32,000 nucleotides of DNA from contig CP001848.1 in the NCBI GenBank assembly GCA_000025185.1, positions 1,980,001 to 2,012,000 of the forward strand. The letters run 5' to 3'. The notes beneath the pieces were generated by a model that had not been told where the DNA came from, ran no database searches, and saw only the letters and a list, made by a program, of their open reading frames with translations. Made by a program: the position numbers and the translations under genes. Shown one piece after another: positions 24,738-32,000 of this stretch. The stretch's first letter is position 1. Every line of letters starts with the position of its first letter. Source of the stretch: Pirellula staleyi DSM 6068. Its GTDB lineage: Bacteria; Planctomycetota; Planctomycetia; Pirellulales; Pirellulaceae.

Positions 24738-27700
24738 ATGGTGATGGAGCATTTCACGCCACTGGTGCGCCAGTGGTTCACAGCGCGATTCGGTCAGCCT
24801 AGCGATCCGCAAACGCATGGATGGCCCGCTATTGCTGCGGGACGTCACACGCTCGTCGCTGCCCCCACCGGCTCCGGAAAAACACTCGCCGCGTTTTTGG
24901 TTTGCCTCGATAAGCTGGTCCGAGCTTGGCAAGACGGCACGCTCGGCCAGTCGACGCAGGTCGTCTACCTCTCGCCTCTCAAGGCGCTCAGCAACGATAT
25001 CGAGCGGAACCTGCAGCAGCCCCTCGCGGAACTCAGTGAACTGGCGAAGCAGCAAGGGCTCGGTGAACTCCCGATTCGTGTCGCCGTGCGAACCGGCGAT
25101 ACCACGCAGTCCGACCGCCAGTCGATGCTGAAGCATCCTCCCCACATTCTGGTCACCACTCCCGAGTCGCTCTATCTCCTGCTGACCTCAGTGAAAGGTC
25201 GCGGCACACTCACCGAGGTCGAGACGGTCATCGTCGACGAAATCCACGCCCTCGCGCGTGATAAGCGTGGCTCGCACCTCGCTCTCTCGCTCGAGCGACT
25301 CGCTGCTCACACGTCAAAACCTCTGCAGCGCATCGGTCTTTCGGCCACCCAGCGGCCCATGGATGCCATCGCTCGATTTCTCGTCGGACGAGGTGTTCCT
25401 AAGCCGCCGGCTGTCGCCAAACCATCGAGGCGCAAGAAGAAACCCGCCGCTCAGCCTCTGCTCGAAGCCCAGCCCTACACGCCCGATGTGCATATCGTCG
25501 ATGTGGGACATGTGCGCAATCTCGATCTCGCTATTTCAGTTCCCACGAGCGAACTCGCTGCCGTTTGCTCGAACGAGCAGTGGGAAGAGGTCTATGCCCA
25601 GCTCAGTTCGATGATTCAGTCGCATCGCAGCACGCTTGTGTTTGTCAACACGCGGAGGCTCGCGGAACGCGTGTCGCATCGACTCACCGAACTGCTGGGG
25701 GAAGAAGCGGTTGCCAGTCACCACGGCAGTTTATCGAAGCAGATTCGCCTCGATGCCGAGCAGCGTCTCAAAGCCGGAAAACTCAGGGCAATTGTCGCCA
25801 CTGCTTCGCTCGAGATGGGCATCGACATCGGCTACATCGATCTTGTTTGTCAGATCGGATCGCCGCGCTCGATTGCCACGTTTCTGCAGCGTGTCGGTCG
25901 CTCGGGACATAATCTCGGCGCGACCCCCAAAGGACGCCTCTTTCCACTCACGCGCGATGAACTTCTCGAGTGCCTGGCACTAGTGCAAGCGGTCCGGCGG
26001 GGGGACCTCGATCAGATCGAAATCCCCGAGAAACCACTCGATATTCTCGCGCAGCAAATCATTGCGATGGTCGCCGCCGAAGATTGGAACGAAGACGATC
26101 TCTTCGCGCTCATCACACGCGCTGAACCGTATCACCAACTTCCTCGCGATGAGTTCGACAAAATCCTCGACATGGTTTCCAACGGCATCAAGCAAGGTCG
26201 CTTGAGTGGCGGCTATGTCCATCGCGATCAGATTCACAAGATGCTCCGCGCTCGTCGCGGCGCTCGAATCGCCGCCATCACTTCCGGCGGTGCCATTCCC
26301 GAACAAGGAGAGTATCGCGTCGTCGTCGAAGGTGAAGGGACCTTTGTCGGAACCGTCGACGAAGATTTTGCTATCGATAGCATGATCGGCAACATCTTCC
26401 TGCTCGGCAACAACAGCTGGCAAATTCGTCAAATCAAGCCGGGCGAAGTGGTGGTGGCCGATGTCCACGGCGCTCCACCCACCATCCCGCACTGGTTCGG
26501 TGAAGCACCGGGGCGCACGATCGAACTGTCGCGTCAACTTTCGAACCTGCGGCACGATCTTGCCAGCCAAATCAGCGATCAGCTGATCGACATCATGTCG
26601 CGAGCCCAGTCCGACGGCATGCAGTGTGCGCCCGAAGATCTGGCAGCTGATGTCATGCGCCGCTGCGGCTGTGATGCCTGGGGAGCCGAGCAAGCAATTC
26701 GCTACATCGCCGCGCAAAAGGCAGCACTCGGGCTCGTCCCCACGATCGACAAAATCGTGTTCGAACGATTTTTCGACGAGAGTGGCGGTATGCAATTGGT
26801 GATTCACGCAGCGCTCGGAAGTCGCATAAACCGCGCATGGGGACTGGCGCTACGCAAACGTTTTTGCCGCAGTTTTGACTTCGAACTTCAGGCCGCTGCC
26901 GACGACAACGGCGTGCTGCTGTCGATCGGTCCGCAGCATAGTTTTCCGATCGACAGCCTCTTTGGCATGCTGCATCCCGGGAACGCTCAGGAACTGCTCG
27001 AGCAAGCCGTTCTTGCGGTGCCGATGTTTCAAATTCGTTGGCGCTGGAATGCAACGCGCGCGCTGGCAGTACTGCGTCAGCAAGGTGGCAAACGTGTTCC
27101 GCCCCACCTGCAAAAATTCCGCAGCGAAGATCTCCTCGCCACCACCTTTCCTGAAACGGTCGGCTGTCTCGAGAACCATCACGGCGACATTGTGGTCCCC
27201 GATCATCCACTCGTGAAACAAACGATGCACGATTGTTTGACCGAAGCGATGGATATTGTCCGCTGGACGTCGATTCTCGCCGATATCAAGAGTGGCAAGA
27301 TCGAACTGGTTGCCCGCGACACACGCGAGCCTTCCCCCTTCGCTCATCAGATGCTCAACGCGCGCCCCTATGCGTTTCTCGACGATGCAGGACTTGAAGA
27401 ACGACGAACGCGCGCCATCTCGACCCGCCGCAGCCTCTCGATCGACGACTACCGTGATCTCACACGACTCGATCCAGCCGCTCTTGCGCAAGTGACGCGT
27501 GAAGCTTGGCCCACGATTCGCGATGCTGAAGAACTGCACGATGCCCTCACGCATCTCGTCCTGCTGTTGCCCGAGGAAGCAGCCCCTCACGATCGACTCC
27601 TCCGGAGCTTAGCCAAGGAGGGGCGTGTCAGCTCGATCGACTATCCGGTGGTGAAGTCCGATGCTGAGCCTGCTGCTGCCTTCGTTCCCGGGCTAGGAAA

Positions 27701-29270
27701 AGCCTGGTTTGCTGCCGAGCGCTGGCCGGTGATTCGCGCTGTATATGGCCTCACACAGTCTGATCCTGTGGTCACACTTCCCGAGTCACTCGAAAAGCAA
27801 TACGAGCCAGCCGATGCACGCGTAGAACTGGTGCGGGGCCGAATTCAACATAGCGGCCCTCTCACTGCCGCCGCACTCGCCGCGCTCTTAGGGCTGCCGA
27901 AGAATCAGGTCTTCGCAGCGCTAGAGTCCGTGGAAGCGGAAGGGTTGGTGATGCGTGGCAACTTCACCGCGATTCCGCCCGCCGATTCCTCCACTACCAA
28001 ACCCGATGTCGAGTGGTGCGAGCGACGCCTTCTGTCGCGCGTCCATCGGCTGACGCTCGATGGTCTCAAGCGGCGCATCGAGGCGGTCCCTCCCGAAACG
28101 TACATCGAACTTTTGATCGAGCGGCAAGGACTCGGACAAAACGCCCAGCGTCAAGGAATCGAAGGGGTCCGCGAGACGGTGCTGCAACTTGCCGGCTTCG
28201 AGTCTCCTGCCGGTGCTTGGGAAGAAAAGCTCCTCGCCGCGCGCGTCGCGGGCTACGATCCCCAGTGGCTCGACAATCTGTTCCTCGGTGGCGAACTGAT
28301 TTGGGGACGCCTCTGCCCGCCGAGTCGCGATGCGGCTAGCTCCGCAGCAGCCCTTACCCGCGCCATGCCTCTCACGATTCTGGGCCGCGAAGATCGCCAC
28401 TGGATGATCCACCGCGAAGTGACCGACCAACCTCCTTTGGTCACGTCGACAGCAGCGGAAGTACTCAGGATCTTGGAGATGAAGGGGGCTCTCTTTTTTG
28501 GCGAGTTGCAGCGCCTTACGCAGCTGCTGACCACCAAACTCGAGGAAGCCCTTGCGGAACTCTCCGCGATGGGGCTGGTGAGCTGCGACACCTTCGCGGC
28601 GGTGCGACATTTGGCCGGGGGAAATGTCCGCAAAAATTCCCGCACCCGAAAAGCAACCAGCAGCGGCCCCCTGGGACGCTGGTCCCTCTTTCCAGGTGCT
28701 CTCGAGCCCCCTGCGGCCGACGATATTGCGCTGGCTTGGTGCCGACTCTTACTGCGGCGCTATGGTGTGGTGTTTCGCGATCTCTTAGCGCGGGAGTCGA
28801 CGGCACCAAACTGGGGCTCGATCATTCGTATGTTTCGTCGGCTTGAATTGCGTGGCGAAGTGCGGGGAGGACGCTTCATCGCCGGTGTGGCCGGTGAGCA
28901 GTTTGCCGAAGAAGCGGTGGTGACCCGCCTACGCGACTTGCGCGACAATCCGACGACCGACTGGACCATTATCTCAGCGATTGATCCGCTAAATCTCTCG
29001 GGACTCGTGACCGAAGGGCCCCGCATTCCTGCGATTCACAAAAACGCGATTGTGATCCATCGTGGTCGCGCTGTTGCAGCGAAAGTCTCAGGACGAATCG
29101 AGTTCTTCGCGGCTGTCGATCCCTTGCTGCAAGTCGAAATGCGGCGCGCACTACAACTTGGCAAGCGTCCAGTTGGTCCCGAGAAGTTGCATGTCCGCAC
29201 CGGTTCGCGGCGCACCATCATGCTTCCCGACCCCGATTCGCTCGACAGCCGACGTCGGATGGGTTGGTAG
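24738..29270 (+). CDS. lhr: Lhr-family large ATP-dependent DEAD/DEAH-box helicase (long form, ~1510 aa)
   Basis: VRQWFTARFGQPSDPQ, Walker A AAPTGSGKT, DEIH box (VIVDEIHAL), SAT (GLSATQ), HHGSLS, QRVGRSGH, followed by a ~1000-aa Lhr-type C-terminal region. ATG 24738 is preferred over TTG 24720. Confidence 0.9.
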   Translation: MVMEHFTPLVRQWFTARFGQPSDPQTHGWPAIAAGRHTLVAAPTGSGKTLAAFLVCLDKLVRAWQDGTLGQSTQVVYLSPLKALSNDIERNLQQPLAELSELAKQQGLGELPIRVAVRTGDTTQSDRQSMLKHPPHILVTTPESLYLLLTSVKGRGTLTEVETVIVDEIHALARDKRGSHLALSLERLAAHTSKPLQRIGLSATQRPMDAIARFLVGRGVPKPPAVAKPSRRKKKPAAQPLLEAQPYTPDVHIVDVGHVRNLDLAISVPTSELAAVCSNEQWEEVYAQLSSMIQSHRSTLVFVNTRRLAERVSHRLTELLGEEAVASHHGSLSKQIRLDAEQRLKAGKLRAIVATASLEMGIDIGYIDLVCQIGSPRSIATFLQRVGRSGHNLGATPKGRLFPLTRDELLECLALVQAVRRGDLDQIEIPEKPLDILAQQIIAMVAAEDWNEDDLFALITRAEPYHQLPRDEFDKILDMVSNGIKQGRLSGGYVHRDQIHKMLRARRGARIAAITSGGAIPEQGEYRVVVEGEGTFVGTVDEDFAIDSMIGNIFLLGNNSWQIRQIKPGEVVVADVHGAPPTIPHWFGEAPGRTIELSRQLSNLRHDLASQISDQLIDIMSRAQSDGMQCAPEDLAADVMRRCGCDAWGAEQAIRYIAAQKAALGLVPTIDKIVFERFFDESGGMQLVIHAALGSRINRAWGLALRKRFCRSFDFELQAAADDNGVLLSIGPQHSFPIDSLFGMLHPGNAQELLEQAVLAVPMFQIRWRWNATRALAVLRQQGGKRVPPHLQKFRSEDLLATTFPETVGCLENHHGDIVVPDHPLVKQTMHDCLTEAMDIVRWTSILADIKSGKIELVARDTREPSPFAHQMLNARPYAFLDDAGLEERRTRAISTRRSLSIDDYRDLTRLDPAALAQVTREAWPTIRDAEELHDALTHLVLLLPEEAAPHDRLLRSLAKEGRVSSIDYPVVKSDAEPAAAFVPGLGKAWFAAERWPVIRAVYGLTQSDPVVTLPESLEKQYEPADARVELVRGRIQHSGPLTAAALAALLGLPKNQVFAALESVEAEGLVMRGNFTAIPPADSSTTKPDVEWCERRLLSRVHRLTLDGLKRRIEAVPPETYIELLIERQGLGQNAQRQGIEGVRETVLQLAGFESPAGAWEEKLLAARVAGYDPQWLDNLFLGGELIWGRLCPPSRDAASSAAALTRAMPLTILGREDRHWMIHREVTDQPPLVTSTAAEVLRILEMKGALFFGELQRLTQLLTTKLEEALAELSAMGLVSCDTFAAVRHLAGGNVRKNSRTRKATSSGPLGRWSLFPGALEPPAADDIALAWCRLLLRRYGVVFRDLLARESTAPNWGSIIRMFRRLELRGEVRGGRFIAGVAGEQFAEEAVVTRLRDLRDNPTTDWTIISAIDPLNLSGLVTEGPRIPAIHKNAIVIHRGRAVAAKVSGRIEFFAAVDPLLQVEMRRALQLGKRPVGPEKLHVRTGSRRTIMLPDPDSLDSRRRMGW

Positions 29271-29400
29271 CTCGCTGGTTTTTCTTTCGCATCGCCAGAA
29301 AAAATGCTGGCTTTCTAGCTCTGCGATTTGGTAAGAAACGCTCAGCGACTTCTCGCTCCCGCCTCGCAATCTCCTTCCTCGCTTCTCGCTAGGTGATCGT

Positions 29401-30885
29401 ATGACTCGATACCGATCGGCCGATAGTTTGCGCTCGTACCTCGTGGCCATGGTGGTTGGCTGGCTCGCGCTACTGGCCAGCGCTTCGCTTTCTGCTGCTG
29501 AGCCAGCGAAGAAACAGATGCTCGTTGGTGCTTATGCAATCGATATTTCTCCTCTCGAGTTTCCGGTGATCGTCAATGGCGGGATGACTGAGCGCACCGC
29601 CAACAGCCTTGTCGATCATCTGCATGCCCGCTGTTTCGTGCTGAGCGACGGTACCGAAACCATTGCCATCGCGGTGATCGACAACTGCATGGTTCCTCGC
29701 GATTTGCTCGATGAAGCTAAACGGATGGCATCGGAAGCGACGGGGATTAAGCCCAATCGCATGCTGATGTCATCCACCCACACGCACAGCGCGCCGAGTG
29801 TGCATGGTTGTCTGGGCAGCGGTGTCGATGAGCCTTACAGGCGGATGCTGCCAGCGCAAATCGCGAAAGGAATTGTCGAAGCCAAGAAGCGGATGATTCC
29901 TGCACGCATCGGCTGGGCTGTGGGACGCGACGAAAACAACGTCGCTTGCCGCCACTGGGTGATGGAGCCCGGCGCAGCGCCGACCAATCCGTTTGGTGGT
30001 ACGAAAGACGATACCGTGATGATGCATCCGGGGCACGATAACCCGAAGAAGATCCGTGCGACGGGTGAGCCTGACCCCGAGATTCCGATCGTCAGCTTCA
30101 CGACCACCGATGGCAAGCCGCTGGCGGTGCTCACCAACTACTCCTTGCATTACGTCGGAGCGCCGGCGATATCAGCCGACTATTTTGCCGATGTTTGCGA
30201 CGAGATGACCAAACTGCTCGGCGCGAGCGAAATCCCCACGTTCATGGCCGCGCACAGCAACGCCACCAGCGGCGACATGTGGCTGATGGACTACACCAAG
30301 CCAAAGCGGGCGATGTTCGATAAGCTCTCCGTGGCTAAAGAAGTCGCCGCTGCAGCGCATGCCGCCATGGCCAACATCGAGTACTTCGACTGGGTGCCGA
30401 TTGTCATGGACGAACAACTGCTGAACGTCGATGTCCGGATGCCATCAGCTCAGGAGGTGACAGTGGCGAAAGAGTTCATGAAGTCGTTTGAAGGTCGACT
30501 CCCCAAAAATGTTCCCGAGGTCTATGCGCGCGAAACGGTGCTGCTGTCCGAGATGCCACCATCACGCGAGCTAAAACTGCAAGCGATTCGACTCGGCGAT
30601 CTTGGCATCGCTTCGATCCCGAACGAAACGTATTCGAGCACCGGCCTGGCGATCAAGAAAGCGAGTCCAATCAAGACGACGATGTGCATTGAGCTGGCCA
30701 ACGGATGTGAAGGCTATATTCCGCCCGAAGAGTTGCATCCACTTGGTGGCTACACCACGTGGCGCGCTCGAACTGCATGCTTGGTTCCGAAGGCGGAAGG
30801 GATGATTCGCGCGGAGCTTGTAAAGATGCTTACCAAGATCGCCTCGCAGCGAACGAATGAACTCTCTGTAGCTTCTGCGAAGTGA
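29401..30885 (+). CDS. Secreted neutral/alkaline-ceramidase-like hydrolase (family assignment tentative)
   Basis: Signal-peptide-like N-terminus (LVAMVVGWLALLASASLSAAEP). LVDHLHARCFVLSDGTETIAIAVIDNCMV and MSSTHTHSAPS resemble the N-terminal motifs of neutral ceramidase-family proteins. Confidence 0.55.
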   Translation: MTRYRSADSLRSYLVAMVVGWLALLASASLSAAEPAKKQMLVGAYAIDISPLEFPVIVNGGMTERTANSLVDHLHARCFVLSDGTETIAIAVIDNCMVPRDLLDEAKRMASEATGIKPNRMLMSSTHTHSAPSVHGCLGSGVDEPYRRMLPAQIAKGIVEAKKRMIPARIGWAVGRDENNVACRHWVMEPGAAPTNPFGGTKDDTVMMHPGHDNPKKIRATGEPDPEIPIVSFTTTDGKPLAVLTNYSLHYVGAPAISADYFADVCDEMTKLLGASEIPTFMAAHSNATSGDMWLMDYTKPKRAMFDKLSVAKEVAAAAHAAMANIEYFDWVPIVMDEQLLNVDVRMPSAQEVTVAKEFMKSFEGRLPKNVPEVYARETVLLSEMPPSRELKLQAIRLGDLGIASIPNETYSSTGLAIKKASPIKTTMCIELANGCEGYIPPEELHPLGGYTTWRARTACLVPKAEGMIRAELVKMLTKIASQRTNELSVASAK

Positions 30886-31047
30886 ATCGCTGAAGCCTCT
30901 TCACGGTAATGGTTTGCCAAAAACTCACTCCGAAAAGTTGCCGGCAAGTGGACGCGAGTTCACTATTCTTCTAGGTTGGCACTTCTAGAATTTTGCCGTT
31001 CCCGTGGTGGTCTTCGCTGCAATGCACAACTTGAAAGGAGCTCCAAA

Positions 31048-31314
31048 ATGGGAATTCTTGCGTGGATTATTTTTGGTTTGCTGGCCGGTATCGTGGCCAA
31101 GTGGATCATGCCAGGTAATGATCCTGGTGGCTGGATTATCACAATTCTGCTCGGCATCGCTGGCGCGTTTGTCGGCGGATTTGTGGGATCGCAACTCGGA
31201 TTTGCTGCCGGTGGGCCGTTCGGTTTCAACTGGCCCAGTTTCGGTCTAGCAATCCTGGGTTCGTTGATCATTTTGGCAGTCTACCGACTGATCAATAATC
31301 GACGAATTGCCTAG
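31048..31314 (+). CDS. GlsB/YeaQ/YmgE-family (transglycosylase-associated) small stress membrane protein
   Basis: MGILAWIIFGLLAGIVAKWIMPG...GWIITILLGIAGAFVGGFVG is the family consensus pattern. ATG 31048 follows AAGGAG at 31035-31040. Confidence 0.85.
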   Translation: MGILAWIIFGLLAGIVAKWIMPGNDPGGWIITILLGIAGAFVGGFVGSQLGFAAGGPFGFNWPSFGLAILGSLIILAVYRLINNRRIA

Positions 31315-31400
31315 TTGCCAAGGGCTGAGCGAGTAGCAAGAGAGTGCTCGCTCAAGCCTGTTTTGCAAGTGTCGTGTCGGAATTAAAACTTTCTGAGCAA

Positions 31401-31456
31401 CAAAAAAGTCCGCCGAAGTTTCTCTTGCGAGTGCTTCGGTGGACTTCTGTTTTTAT
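31401..31456. terminator. Bidirectional rho-independent terminator between the convergent glsB-like and tkt genes
   Basis: A 12-bp stem pairs AGTCCGCCGAAG (31407-31418) with CTTCGGTGGACT (31434-31445), with one G-U pair. An A-tract lies on the left (31402-31407) and a T-rich run on the right (31446-31456). Confidence 0.7.
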
Positions 31457-31484
31457 TGTTGTCGTCGGATGAACGGACAGCGGC

Positions 31485-32000
31485 TTAGAGCAGCGACTTC
31501 ACCTTGGCGGCGACGTTCTCGCTGGTGATGCCAAACTTTTTGTAGAGCTGGTTGAAGGGACCACTCGCACCAAAGCTGCTCATACCGACAAACTCGCCGC
31601 GCGAGCCGAGGTACTTGTCCCAGCCCATACGAATGCCCGCTTCAACAGCGACACGTGCGGTCACCGAAGTGGGGAGTACCGATTCGCGATACTCAGCCGA
31701 CTGTTCGTCGAACCACTCTTGGCAAGGCATGCTTACCAGGCGAACCGCCACACCTTCAGCGGTGAGTGCTTCGTAGGCTTTCATCGCGATGTCGAGCTCG
31801 CTTCCTGTGGCCATGATGATAGCGGTTGGTTTGCCACCGGCAGCATCGGCCAAGATATAGCCACCCTTGGCGGTGAGTGCTGCAGCGCCGAACTTGGTGC
31901 GATCGATGGTCGGCAAGTTCTGGCGCGAGAGGACCATCGCAATCGGGTGCGTTTGGCGAGTCATCGCGGCGCGATAAGCTTCAGCCACTTCGTTGGCATC
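31485..32000 (-). CDS. tkt: Transketolase, C-terminal portion (5' end lies beyond the window)
   Basis: PIAMVLSRQNLP, IIMATGSELDIAMKAYEAL..GVAVRLVSMPC..FDEQ, VAVEAG and GMSSFGASGP are transketolase C-terminal motifs. The frame stays open to nt 32000. Confidence 0.9.
   Translation of the reverse strand, partial: DANEVAEAYRAAMTRQTHPIAMVLSRQNLPTIDRTKFGAAALTAKGGYILADAAGGKPTAIIMATGSELDIAMKAYEALTAEGVAVRLVSMPCQEWFDEQSAEYRESVLPTSVTARVAVEAGIRMGWDKYLGSRGEFVGMSSFGASGPFNQLYKKFGITSENVAAKVKSLL

Noticed and set aside
24729-28645. Multiple 130-275-aa minus-strand ORFs inside lhr (e.g. 25980-26807, 26850-27590, 27921-28610).
   Set aside because: These are shadow ORFs opposite a continuous 1510-aa helicase frame with all the helicase motifs.
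30977-30996. TGGCAC (30977-30982) followed by TTGC (30993-30996) upstream of the glsB-like gene. Considered as a third sigma-54 promoter.
   Set aside because: The GG-to-GC distance is 17 nt instead of the required 11, so the spacing is incompatible with RpoN recognition. The nearby TTCTAGAA palindrome is too short to interpret.
1-32000. Looked for CRISPR arrays, IS elements or transposases, integrases, and rRNA/tRNA genes across the window.
   Set aside because: I saw no regularly spaced direct repeats, no transposase- or integrase-like ORFs, and no sequences that fold as tRNA or match rRNA conserved blocks.

Overview
This is a 32-kb bacterial chromosomal segment. Hand counts of sample stretches give about 59% GC in typical genes. 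Gene content and protein style suggest a Planctomycetota/Pirellulales-like organism, but that is inference only. I support 26 protein-coding genes, 2 sigma-54 promoters and 2 intrinsic terminators. I found no rRNA, tRNA, CRISPR array, transposase, integrase or long DNA repeat. Gene order: UvrA-family giant ORF (5'-truncated), CBM9-like protein, TVP38/DedA-like protein, DUF58, MoxR, MarR, NUDIX, YhdH/AcuI-type reductase, thioredoxin, a low-GC two-gene islet (small beta-rich protein and a minimal kinase-fold protein), PtsI, a dehydratase-ACP-dehydratase'-ketosynthase cassette, transglutaminase-like protein, small membrane protein, hemerythrin-like protein, USP, NtrC-type activator, globin-coupled histidine kinase, Lhr helicase, ceramidase-like secreted protein, GlsB/YeaQ-type protein, and the transketolase 3' end. 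Five things deserve a second look. (1) The UvrA ORF reads as a covalent tandem of UvrA units and ends in an internally duplicated domain I cannot place. (2) A ~46-47% GC islet holds two divergent genes whose ATGs share one CATG. (3) A four-gene FAS-like cassette has an insertion-bearing ACP and a His-to-Tyr dehydratase paralog. (4) Two outward-facing, near-consensus sigma-54 promoters lie between a usp-hemerythrin gene string and an NtrC-type activator plus globin-coupled kinase operon. (5) A 13-residue basic motif is shared by linker insertions of UvrA and Lhr. All functional calls rest on motifs read by eye; no database search was run.
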